Shown in pieces: positions 27,291-40,129 of a stretch of 64,000 nt of DNA. The DNA is taken from NCBI RefSeq assembly GCF_009914755.1, contig NC_060926.1; one strand, given 5' to 3'. The DNA comes from the human T2T-CHM13v2.0 reference genome, Homo sapiens. The notes below the pieces were generated by a model. That model saw only the letters and a program-made list of their open reading frames with translations, searched no databases and was not told where the DNA came from. The position numbers and the translations under genes were made by a program. Within the stretch, counting starts at the first letter, position 1, and each line of letters starts with the position of its first letter.

Positions 27291-27509
27291 CTAATTTCAA
27301 ATGAAAGAATCAGGGTGTTGATGGGAAATAAAAAGCAAATTACAGCAGCTAAGAACAGTGTCTGGAAAGGAAGAGACTATGGCAGGCATAAAATAGTTGT
27401 TTCAGAAACTCAGTGGTGAAAGGAAAGACTAAAGGAAGGTGATGGTAGGTAGATAAAACTTGGTGGGGTAATATCCCTCCAGTTTCCTACAGGAGCCGTA
27501 ACGCCACAT

Positions 27510-28130
27510 CTTTATTTACTTTGTGTCAGGAAGTATGTGACATGCTGTATATTATCATATTTAAATTATCTCTAAAACTGTGAAATCGTCATTGCTGTTA
27601 TGAGGAAATAGGTACTCAAAGAGGGGTTGCACATAAGTACTGGGGACAGATGTTTGCCTGTAGTGATTTTATTGAGGAAAGAATGTGTGGGCAAGTGGGC
27701 AGAGGACTGGGCAGAGGAAGAAGTTGAACTGCAATGCAGTTTCGACAAAGACCTCAGACACTCTCATAGGAAGGTACGGAACTGGAATGGCCCTTCAGAT
27801 TTTCCCAAATCATGGCAAAGAAGAAGGGCTTTGTAACCTGAATCAACAAATCATTGCAAGCAGGCTGTCCCCAGAGAGGAAATGTAACCTTGGTTAGGTA
27901 GTTCCCTTTAGCTGGGGGCAATCCCAGAGAAAGTCTCCAGCCACCAACATTCTCATCAACTGGGAGAAGGGATGCTGCAGCCCTGAGGATGAGGATCCGA
28001 GTGCTGTTCCACAGAATTCACTATGAGGGATTAAACAACTTGTCCATGGCCACACAGTTACCACTTTTTGTTGCCAGTACTCAAGTCCAGATCTCTCTAA
28101 TTTCAAATCCATGTTCCCCTTACTATTCTG
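27510..28130 (-). mobile_element. MIR split by LTR16C (about 27510-27625 and 28025-28130)
   Basis: atgaggaaataggtactcaaagaggg resumes as gagggattaaacaacttgtccatggccacacag. Confidence 0.7.
27626..28024 (-). mobile_element. LTR16C-like ERVL solo LTR
   Basis: ggactgggcagaggaagaagttgaactgcaatgcagt...ggaatggcccttcaga...caggctgtccccagag. 5-bp TSD gaggg (27621-27625 / 28025-28029). Confidence 0.75.
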
Positions 28131-28367
28131 CAAGTAACTCTGCTCTAATGCAGAAGTAGGAAAGGAATGTCTTCCTGGAAATGCTATGCTAAGTGAATCT
28201 GCAAAATAAAGTCAAAGCACAATCCTCATGAAAATATATTCTGGGCAGCATATATTTGGAATCATGGCATGTCTCTAGATATTGTGGTTCTAGTTTCCAT
28301 TTACTTTATTGTTCATTCTTAATGATTGGATGCCCTCTATTCAAAGGACTTTCCCCAACCTGTATCT

Positions 28368-28442
28368 GAAGGATGATTTTGACCATCTGCTGCCTAAAAC
28401 AGTTCCTTGATTGTGCTTACTTGCTTTGGGCCACCATAAAAC

Positions 28443-28477
<35 letters not shown>

Positions 28478-29030
28478 TATATGTATGTGTGTACATATAT
28501 ATGTGTGTGTATATATATGTGTGTGTATATATATGTGTGTATATATATTATCAATGTATATGTGTGTATATATATTATAAATGTATATGTGTGTGTATAT
28601 ATAACATATATACAGCAAAAGTTCTACTTTTAAAGTAATTTGTCTTGGCACTTCCGTGCCACTTCCAATGTTACCACATGCATGTCCTTATGAGTAAACA
28701 GTATTCATTAAAATGGAAGGCTGATTTTGACCATCTGCTGCCTAAAACAGTTCCTTGATTGTACTCACTTGCTTTGAGCCACTATAAAACATATATATAC
28801 ATATGTATGTGTGTGTATGTATATACATATGTGTGTATATATATGCATGTGTGTACAGATGTGTGTATATATATTATATATGTACATACATGTATATATG
28901 TGTGTGGGTGGGTGTGTATATAATATATATAGCAAAACTTTTACTTTAAATGTAATTTCCCTTAGCCCTTTTGCAACACTTCTAATGTTACCACATGCAT
29001 GTCCCTATAAGTCAAAAGTATTCATTAAAA
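28368..29030. repeat. Tandem duplication (28368-28713 and 28716-29030), each unit enclosing a (TA/CA/TG)n microsatellite
   Basis: Both units begin gaagg(a/c)tgattttgaccatctgctgcctaaaacagttccttgattgt and end aatgttaccacatgcatgtcc...agtattcattaaaa. Confidence 0.95.
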
Positions 29031-30970
29031 CACAAAATGATGACAGAAAATAAGACTATGGGGAAGTAAACATAGAGACCGGTGTTATGAAAAATGATGA
29101 AAGAAAACTCAGTATGTGCCCTAGAGATCTCTGGCAACAAACGAAGTCAGTAGGTCATTCACATGTGACGGGTTTCGGTTTATACAGAGCTAATGAAATA
29201 ATGTTCAATTGCCATTTTCAGTGATAAGAAAAAAAGTAGATATTAAGTGTGCTGGTTAGTAAAGTGATAAATATGTAGGGGTGTGTGTGTGTATGTGTTC
29301 ACACAATAGTGTTATAAATAGCATCCTATATTCCACCTCCCTGTAAAATAGTATGAAAAAGAATCACTCCATTTGAACAACACACCAAGGTATAGTAGCA
29401 GGGTTGCCCAGTCTGCTGTAAAGAAGCAATTCAACTCGGCTGCTCATTGTCCTGACTTAGTGTCAAGCTGGCGGGAGACAGGAAGAAAAGAAAATCCTAT
29501 CCAATTCCCAGTCTTCCTCACCTAAAAATGGAGAGAACGTTTTTTTCTTCCTCAGAAGTTCAGATGCCAACTTGAAAAGCCAAAGAACAATTTTACCAAC
29601 TGGAGTTTCAAAAAATTTGAAATTCTTTGGGCAAAGCAATCTCCTGTGGCTAATTATCTTAACACTTTGTACTTACAGATCGCTTCACCTCTGCTGTTTT
29701 ACCTGCAGCCCACTTTTGCAGATTATGTAGCAAAAAAGACAGGAAAGTCCATGGCTTTTCAAGATCAAGAACAGATCAAGGGGTTAGACCCACAACTTTC
29801 TTATTTCCAGGAATTGAGCTTCTACTGCTAGGCTCGATCTGTCTGGAATGCCCTGTTTATGTTCAAAGGCTGTTGTAAGGCCTTTATATAGAACATCTTT
29901 TACAACACTGTCAGAATCATGTTGTTGTTTAGTCTGTTTCTTTGTAAATTTATTACAGTAGCAGCTTAATTCATGTAAGTCTCTTCATTCTGGTTACTGA
30001 ATTAATCCCTTTTATTATGTGTGTGCTGATAAAATCTGTCTTCCAAAGCCACAGAATGAAGGACCAGTCCTGATCCTTGGCGAGCTGACTAACGAAAATT
30101 CTGCTTTGGAGGGTCTCTTGTCAGCCCACCCCCTGGAGACTACTTACAGTGCTGGGTGTAGCACATGAAACTGTCCAAAGCAACTAGTCACCAAGGCATT
30201 AAATCAAAAGTGTTGGTTAAATGGGCTTTATGGTGATAATGTGTTAGAAGACTTCCTTAAACCAGTCTGGGAAAGCAGCCAAGCAGTGTAAGCCCCCTGC
30301 TTCTTTGTAGGCTCACACTTTATCAGTTAGGCTGTCTTCCATCTCCCTGGGGCAGAAGTAAGTTGATCATGTTCTCAGCAATTCAACTTCTTATGGAAAG
30401 ATTATTAAGACTTATCCTTGAGTTCTGAATAAATTTTTGAGTGTTTTCTGTGAAATTCTACATAGTTAATGAGAGGATTTGGGTTAGACGGTGTGCATTT
30501 GCCCATACTGCTGCTTGGTGTTAGTTAAATGCTCAGCTTTGAATGTCTCCATTGACCTTCCTGAAGTAATACAATGCCAATCGCTGGCTTCAAGATGCTC
30601 AACTCTGTGGTATGTCTGCCCCTTACTAGCTTAGGATACATCTTATCTTTGTGGGATTGTTATCTTTAGTTTTCTAACAAATCCAGCAAAGCAATCCAGT
30701 TTCCTCAGTCAAGATTGAAATGTCTGTCTAATGCCCAAAGGGAGCACCCCTGGAATGGTCAAGCAGCAGCTCGGTGTCTCGCACTGAATAGGCTTCTGGA
30801 GAGCTGTGAACCCATCTTTTACATCCCCTGTTGGGAAGAATGTGAGAGTAGTGGGGAGTTGGAGCTCCTGTTTTAGATTGAAAAGCCAGAAAAAAAGAAA
30901 AAAAGGCTTTGGCCACTAAGAGTATGAAAGCCACAGCTTTGCAAGGACAAAGGGCTTGGAAACTTTGAAA

Positions 30971-31984
30971 TCTGTGAAGGTGTAGCTGAATGATATCAGC
31001 TTTGTGCAAGTGCCTGAATTCACAGATTGTGGTTTAGATAAATGATCAGTGGCTTCCTTGTTCATTCAAAATAGTGGCCAGAAAATTGCCAGTAATTTCC
31101 GTGATAAATCAATGATCACTGCTAACCTGATCACAGATATGCAAAGCTGTCAGCAAGTTGAGGGCCCCAGTGCTAGCCATGTACCTGTCTCTGGGATCCC
31201 TATTAAGCAAACTGAACTTCAAAAACCTCTCTCAGGTAGTGAATAAAGTCAGGATGTAGTAGGTCAAATTCACCATCACGGGCGTCTGAACCAAAATAGG
31301 TCTGAAGCTTTTCCCATTTGTGGAGGCCCTCAGGGGCAGGCACACTCAGAGTGTGGCATCTCAGCATCTGGTGTCGGAAGGGGTAAAGATAGAGTGCAGG
31401 TCCGGTCCTTGGTGCACTGTGGTGAAGTCCAGCTGCTGTAGAAGATGAAGGAGTTCATCGTCTTTTCACTGAAACCGCAGAAGGAGGTCTTGGCGCCACA
31501 TGGTCCTCAAAGCCTTCTCTGTCAGTACCAGGGACTCTGAAGACATAGTCGTGGGCTTCGATGCGGCGGCCCTGGCGGGGCCATTCAGGACACCTCCACC
31601 TCCGTTAGCCACCTTGGTGCACGGAATGCAGTAGGGATGTGGCTCCTTGGAGGTGGCGTACAGCTCAGCATTCTCAAGAGCCATTCGGACTGCTCAGGAT
31701 TGTGGCCATGGCTTGGCAGGGTGGGTGAGGAGGCAGCATGGGGAGCTCCGAGCTGTTTCAGTCTGTCCCAGAGCTCCTGGGTGAGAAGACGCTCTGGCAG
31801 TACCTGGGTGAGAGATTGACCGGTCGCAGGGTGTGTGCCCGTCTCTGCAGAGCCAGTCCTATGGGGATAGTGGGGGTCAGGGCTTCTCCGGGCTGGCTAC
31901 CCCACTGCGAAGAACCAGCAGAAGAGGGGTCCGGAGCAGGTAACCCAGAAGGAGCAGGCATCAGAGTCTCCACAGAAACCCCCT
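30971..31984 (-). pseudogene. ST6GALNAC2P1: Processed pseudogene of ST6GALNAC2 (GT29 alpha-2,6-sialyltransferase)
   Basis: Minus-strand translation across frameshifts: CLLLL..TCSGPLF (TM anchor), LALQRRAH..NLS, LLTQELWDRLKQ, sialylmotif [58 protein letters not shown], motif [55 protein letters not shown]. Intronless with multiple stops and frameshifts; the start codon appears mutated (agg at 31984-31982). The P1 symbol is from memory. Confidence 0.93.
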
Positions 31985-32004
31985 GTGCCTGCCGCTCCAC
32001 TCTG

Positions 32005-32045
32005 CACGCCCTTCCCTCCCTCCCTGCCCTGCAGCCAATCATAAT
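32005..32045 (-). promoter_or_regulatory. Candidate proximal promoter of the ST6GALNAC2 retrocopy (CCAAT box plus GGGA-rich tract)
   Basis: cagccaatca (NF-Y consensus) at 32032-32041 and gcccttccctccctccc at about 32008-32026, roughly 50 bp upstream of the decayed start codon. Motif inference only. Confidence 0.3.
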
Positions 32046-33559
32046 CATTTTGCTCACTTCAGTGCAGTCTACAAGGTTTAGTGCAGCAGGAAGAATTTCC
32101 CTATTCCACAGAGGAGAAAACAGGCGCTCACGAGGTCATGTCCTTGCCCAATGTGTCAGGAATTGGTTCCCTTCCCCTCCCCATCACTCCATATCTCTCT
32201 GGGTTCTATACTAATTTTCCTTTTCCTTTCCTTTTCTGTCCTAAACCTGTATACTCAGAGTCCAGAAGAGCCCATTTGCTGGGAAAGTGATGCACATGAT
32301 TATTTTATTTCAATAATCATTGAATGATTATTGAATGAACAAAAATTCATTCACCCTTACCTAACGCTAAAATCCATACAAGAACATTTGCAAGTTTTGC
32401 TTTCTTTGCCTATTGTGGATTGACTTTTCAATCCTTCATTGTTATTTACAAAATGCAATTTTAAAAAATTGAAATGTTTTAACTCCTTTTTTATTTCTGA
32501 TTAAATCTATTTTATATTTTAAAAGACAGTTGGTTTCTATCTTTGTTAGAAAAGGTAGGTATATACAAAGAGGTAACATACAGCAGTGTCCCCACTTTAA
32601 TAAATTATCTGGATTAGCAATTCAAAAAATATTTTTCATATCTTATCTGCCTTAAATAATATTCTAAATCATTTCTATGAGTTTTTGAAAGACTTAAAAA
32701 TGAGTAATTCTAATTTACTTTCAATTGTTGAGTATATTGTTCATCTCAACCGTTGAGAAAACAAAAGAACAATAGATGAATATCTCCATCTAGAGCCTGT
32801 TTAGGAAAAATGTAATTGCTCAAAAGAAAAATCATTCTGTATTCTGATGATGAGCTGCAATGCAACAGCTCATTAATATGTCAGGAGAAAACATCGCCAA
32901 CATGACTAACCTGTTTCGGAGGGACATTGTGTGATGGGGTTTATATCCCCCAGGATGCTGGTTTGGTTTCTATAAATGTGTCCTAAGATTGCTAAGCACA
33001 AAGTAATTCAATGCTTTACAGCTCAAATGAACCAAATGGAGCTCTAATTTCTCTCTGTGTCTAATACCATCCCTGCAAAAGCAGCAGATAAATAATTTGG
33101 TAAGATAAGCTGATAAATAATGTGGTTAACTTCCACCAGAAAAATGAGCAAAGGGTGCATTGGAAAGAAAAACGACACTTGAGCCAATCTTTACAGTTCA
33201 AGGAGAGCCTCCTGGATAAGCTGATACATGAATTAAATCATAAAAGGGTACTTTTAGTTTTAATTATAATTCTATTTAATTTGTCTTTGTGTAAGTTTTC
33301 TATTTTAATTATAAAATTGACACACACACACCCCTCATTTTATCTCCTCCTTCATCTTAGTCTATCATCTACTCATTCTCTACTTGTTTACCTCTACTTA
33401 TTCCATTTCTATTAGTGGCTTCCCCTTGGATTATGACTTGTGCTAAAGATACCCACAATTCTCAGTTCTTATTTTACTTATTTGATTTGTCAGTTTTGTT
33501 GGCATTGTTTACTATTTCCTCCTTCCAGACACTCTTTCTTTCCTTGGTTCTCATGGAAC

Positions 33560-34011
33560 TAAATGGTAGGACATCTATCAATGCTTCATTCATACCCCTT
33601 AAACCTTTAATACTTCCGTGTGTGACAGCCCAGACTTAGAACCATCAGCACCAGACACTCTTTTGCCACATGTGATAAAACTAGAAGGGCCAGAGAAATA
33701 ACAACTCCCGGGAACAGCCCTTAACCAATGACTAACTGCAGCTGGTGTACAAGTATGCAAGCTCCTTCACTCCTTAGGCAAGATATCTCTGGGTCAGAAG
33801 CCTATGTCAGTTCTGAGTTCCACACTGAAGTTGAGCTTTAGTTGCTCACAACTGTAACTTGTTTGATAACACACCCCTTATTGGTTTTTTCCTCTTCTCT
33901 GTTTCACCTTCTCACTCCCCTGTTATTACTTCCTAAGACCATTCACCAAATAATTTTCTTGCACACAAATCTTATCTTGGGTCTGCTTCTTAGAGAATCC
34001 AAACAAAGACA
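33560..34011 (+). mobile_element. LTR16A-like ERVL solo LTR inserted in an L2 remnant
   Basis: aactcccgggaacagcccttaaccaatgac...agttgctcacaactgtaacttgtttgataacacaccc...gggtctgcttcttagagaatccaaacaaagaca. Confidence 0.75.
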
Positions 34012-34938
34012 AACTTTTAATTCTGTAATTCCTTCTCTGAATTGTTCTATTCTGTGTTTTATTTTTCTTGCTGAATCTTCTTCTGTGAACTCTTTAAATA
34101 TGGAAGATTTTTAAGGTTCTATTACTTTATAGAGCTCATCCATGTTTCCATCTACAATCTATAGGCCAATAACTCTCAAATCAATTTTTCTAGCTCTAGT
34201 ATATCTTGCAAAATCCAATTTCACCAGAATATTTCTGTTCCATACAAAACTGTGAACTCTTGGAGAATTGGCCTATATATTTTTATTTGTTTCTGAACTT
34301 TGACATAGCACCTGACATATCATAGATATTGAGAAAATAATATTTGAACTGATTAGAAGATGAAAGCACAAGACAAATGTTAATGTATTGCTTAGAAGCA
34401 AGTACTAGAATTATTCAGTGCCTACATAATAACAAAAGAAAGTCTATTTGGTCAATTCCTACAAAATATATCCAAATCTGTGAAGAAGAAAGAAGAAGAA
34501 GGAGAAAGAGAAGTAGCAGAGGAGGAAGAAGACCTGCTTCTTTAGAGCATGAGAGCATAAATAGCCAGCTAACTAATTGAGCTTTTTGTGTTCTAATTGA
34601 CTTTGTTGGCAAATTCAACAATTTAAATATTAAGAGCTAAAAGTATTTAATAGCTGTACTTTTGTTACCCTTTTAGTTAATCAGCTATTCAAAATCTATC
34701 TTGCCTAAGTGAGGCCAGTCTTTCCAGATTTCAGGAGATTTGTCAGCCATCAGGAACCATATTTCTTATGTTTAAAATAAATGGAAGCACCATCAAGTCC
34801 TCTCTTTTACATTTAGAAAATGGAAGGCTGCCAGACAGTATGCCCATATCAATAGCTGATATTTAAATAGCTATTTTCTTAATGCCAATACAATATTTTA
34901 TGTTTAAAAATCAAGGTTGTGAGCAATAAATTAGGCAC

Positions 34939-35235
34939 TTTTTTTTTTCCTTTTTTTGAGATGGAGTCTCGCTCTGTCACCCAGGCTGGAGTGGAGTGGC
35001 ATGATCTTGGCTCACTGCAGTCTCCACCTCCCAGGTTCAAGCAATTCTCTGCCTCAGCCTCCTGAGTAGCTGGGATTACAGGTGCCCACCCCACACCCAG
35101 CTAATTTTTGTATTTTTAGTAGAGACAGGGTTTCACCATATTGGCCAGGATGGTCTTGAACTCCTGACCTTGCGATCCACCCGCCTTGGCCTCCCAGAAA
35201 GCTGGGATTACAGGCGTGAGCCACTGTGCCAGGCC
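34939..35235 (-). mobile_element. AluS (Sg-like)
   Basis: Full dimer in reverse, TSD aggcacttttt on both sides (34933 and 35236). Confidence 0.92.
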
Positions 35236-35319
35236 AGGCACTTTTTTTCTATGAGTCTTTTAAAGAACCATCCTCTAAAATAGAAGACTGTTAGCACTTA
35301 TTGCAATTTAAGCCTGCTG

Positions 35320-35440
35320 CCTTATTCCATAGGAGAAGAAACTGAGGTCCAGAAACATGAAGCAACTTTTTCTAGACCACAGCACAAGTGGCAAGCTGAG
35401 ACTGAGATGCTCACCTCCTGATCACATTCAACTTTCCTAC
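35320..35440 (-). mobile_element. MIR fragment
   Basis: ataggagaagaaactgaggtccagaaacatgaagcaact...accacagcacaagtggcaagctgagact. Confidence 0.6.
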
Positions 35441-36273
35441 CCCATTTGTATTTTGCTTCAAAACTGTAAAGTCAAAGAAATGTGATAACTTTGCATCTCT
35501 TGAACTTGCAGGGAAAATTTTGTTAAAATTAGAACAAAACTCAGGGCTGAAAGAGACTTTAGAGATTACTAAGTGTAACACTTTTTCCTGATGAATATAC
35601 TTACTTCATAATATCTGGTTTATAATTACTTGATTTCTAGTCCAACATGTAAAAAGATTGTGGTCATCACTTTCATCTTCAAAACCGTGAAAACACTGAA
35701 CAAACTAAAAACCAACAACTCTTCCTGGATCTGTCAGAGAATTGAAGTCATAAGGAAGACTGCCACCCTGAAAACTGGAGAGACAGGTGAGCAGAGATAA
35801 TCACAGCTTACCAGAAGCAAAAAGCCACTGCTGGAGCCTAGTAGAAATACATAAAGGGTATTTGCTCCAAACTAATTGCTGGAGACTAAACATTGACTAC
35901 ACTGAGAAATAAGAACTCCTTTCTTGAGTTTCACCTACAAGCACTGCAATGGCTTCTCACTGTGAAGATCTGAGAAATATCCCATTATGATTCTGGCCGG
36001 GGAGAGGGAAGAGTAACCATTTTGAAGCAAGTCCAGAGTACTCTGTTCCCCTTAACAACCGCCTGCCCTCAAGGAAAACTATTTTACCGGAGCCAAAGTA
36101 ACCCTGGTTTTATCAGAGCCTATCTGATGAGAAGGAAGGTAATTACCCAACTCCAATCTCCTTCTGCCATCCTGTCTCATCTAAGTGGGAAAGGGTAAAC
36201 TGATAAGCTCTTGTGAAGATCACAGCTCAGGGACATAGGCTCACTGCAAGATTGAAACCTAATCATATGATTA

Positions 36274-36699
<426 letters not shown>

Positions 36700-38386
36700 T
36701 TAAGGTGGAGTTTCTAGGAAAACTCAGGACAATTAGGGAGATAAAAAGGACATTAAAGGAAATTTTAGCCTCTGAAACCACAGCAACAGCAAAGAGTAAA
36801 CACAGCCTTACTCCTAGCCAAGTAAACATAAACCCTAACACCTAAAATCTGTGTTTCTCAATTGCTTTTACCCAGGGCATCATGTCTCACTGTCAACAAA
36901 AATGTATGCTAAGAAACAAACAACAACAACTGAACACCCACAGTCTGGAGAAACAAAGCAAGCATCTGAAGCAGTCTCAGATTTTGTGATTCTCAGACCA
37001 GGAATTTAAAATAACTCTAAAGGAAAAAGTGGACAACGTGCAAGAACACATGGGTAACGTAAGCAGTGAGGTAGAAATTTTAAGAGATAATAAATAAATA
37101 GAAAACAAAAATAAAAATACCTCTGATGGACTCACCCATAGACTGAAAATGGCCGAAAGGAGAATCAATGAGCTTGAAAATATGTCAGTAGAAACTTCCC
37201 AAATTGAAAAGTGAAAAGAAAAAAGAATGAGAAAAATGGAACTCAATATCCAAGAACTGTTTGAAAATTTAAAAAGATGTAACATATGCATAATGGGAAT
37301 ATCAGGAGGAGAAGAAGGAAATAACAGATCAGAAGAAATATTTGAAGCAATAATGGCTGAGTATTTTCCAAAATTAATGACAAACACCAACCACAGATTG
37401 AGGAAGTTCAGAGATCAAGGAGGACAAATTTCAAAAAATCTCTAACGAGGCTTATTATATTCCAACTGAAGTAAATAAAAAAAAACAAAGAGACAATCTT
37501 GAAAGAAGCTGGGGGAGTGGGGGTACCCACCACATCCATAAAGGAACAAGAATCAAAATTATAGTGTACTTCTCATCAGAAATCATGTAACAGGAAGACC
37601 CAGGAGTGAAATATTTGAAGTGTTGAAAGAAAAATTTTTTAAAAACTAGAATTGTATATCCAGTGAAATTATTCTTAAAAAGTGAAGAAAAAGTAAATAC
37701 TTTCTCGCCAAATAAAGAGGGAGATAATTAGCTGCCAGGAAGCTTGCCTTGCAAGAAATGTTAAAAAGAAGTACTTCAGAGAGAAGAAAAATGATAGCTC
37801 AGAAACTCAGATCTGTATAAAGAAGAGCATTAGACAAGGAATAAATGAAGGTAAAAAATTATTTTTCTTCTTAATTAACAGATAACAGTTTGTTGGAAAT
37901 AATAATAGCAACATTGTATTGGTTGACTATGGCTTATGGATATAAGTAATGACAGTAATATAATAAGAAATGGGAAGGAGGAATTAGGAATTTCCTGTTA
38001 AAAGGTATTGGTACTACTCCTGAAGCAGTATAGTGTTTTCTATTTCAGATAGAAAGTGGACTTAGAGTAGTGGTAAATGTATGTTGCAAACTCTATGGCA
38101 ACAACTTAAATAATTTTTAAAAGAAGCATAATTGATACGCAAGAGAAGAAGAAAATAGAATCATTTCAAATGCTTATTTAAAAGCAAAGAAGGCAGAAAA
38201 AGAGTGAGCAACAACAACAACAAAAAGAAACAAGCAACAAGGACGATGAATAGAAAATTGTTGCAAATATGATAAATATTAACCTAATTATATTAATAAT
38301 CACTTTAAATTTCAGTGGTAAAAACATAAACTGTTAGAGTGGATTTAAAAAACAAGAACCAATTATATGCTGTTTATAAGAAATTA

Positions 38387-38697
<311 letters not shown>

Positions 38698-38707
38698 TCA
38701 GCCTTAA

Positions 38708-39162
<455 letters not shown>

Positions 39163-39847
39163 TAAAGAGGGGCATTACATAATGATAAAGGGGTCACTTT
39201 ACTAAGAAGGTATAATAATCCCTAATGTGTATGCACCTTGTCATTGGAGATAGATCCAGCAGGCAGAAAATCAGTGAAGTATAAAATTGAACTGATCAGT
39301 GCTATCAAATAATTGGATCTAATTGACATTTATAGAATATCTCATCCAACAACAGCAGAATAGACATTCTTCTCAAGCTCTCATGGAACATTCATCAACA
39401 CAGACTACATTCTGAGCCACAAAACACATCTTAACAAATTTGAGGAGTAAAAATCATACAATGTATGCTTTAGACCACACTGGAATGAAGTTACAAACAA
39501 TAACAAAAAGATATATGGAAAAATACCAAAATATTTAGAGATTAAACAATACACTTCCAAATAGCACATGGACCAAAGAAGAAATCTCCATATATTTTTA
39601 GATATTTTAAACTACATGAAAATAAACATATAACCTTAAAATTTGAAGGATACAGTGAAAGCAATACTTACAAGGACATTTATAGCATTGAAATGTATAA
39701 ATTAGAAAAAAGATCTAAAATCAATAATCTAAGCTTCTATTTTAGGATTTTTTTTAATGAGCAAATTAAACCCAATGTAAGCAAAAGAAAAGAAATAACA
39801 AAGATTAGAGCAGAAATCACTGAAATTGAAAATGCCATCAGAAATAG

Positions 39848-40129
39848 TCTAGTCTTATAAAAGAAGGGAAAAATGGAGTTTTAAGAGACACACAGAGGAA
39901 GACAGACACAGAGGAAAAGGCATGGAGCAGAGTGGTGTGTCCACAAGCCAAAGAATACCTGTAGCCACCAGAAGCTGGAAGAAGCCAGGAAAAAAATTCC
40001 TCTGTATTGCCTCTGCTGACGGCTTGATTTTGAACTTCTGGCCTCCAGAACAGTGAGAGAATAAATTTCTGTTCATTCGAGCCACCAAATTTGCGATCAT
40101 TTGTTACAGCAGCCAGAGGAAACTAATAC
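39848..40129 (+). mobile_element. MLT1C MaLR LTR, 3' part
   Basis: gccaccagaagctggaagaagcc...cttctggcctccagaacagtgagagaataaatttctg...tttgttacagcagccagaggaaactaataca. Confidence 0.85.

Noticed and set aside
28373-29053. Overlapping Y/I/C/V/H/T-rich ORFs
   Set aside because: Translations of (TA/CA/TG)n microsatellites.
31466-31684. 72-aa minus-strand ORF MALENAELYATSKEPHPYCIPC... as a novel small protein
   Set aside because: It is a between-frameshift fragment of the ST6GALNAC2 pseudogene: in frame only through VLNG, then out of frame.
22170-31984. Both retrocopy parents are on human chr17, hinting at a shared origin
   Set aside because: Both are intronless, on opposite strands, differ in divergence and are separated by unrelated TEs, so they are independent retrotranspositions.
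31738-32214. Longest ORF in the window (158 aa, plus strand)
   Set aside because: Antisense to the GC-rich pseudogene 5' end, no recognisable domain, and expected in GC-rich DNA.
37227-37445. L1 ORF1-like ORF, and the Tigger1 ORFs at 58907-59909, as domesticated genes
   Set aside because: Short fragments flanked by stops and frameshifts, with no preserved long reading frame.
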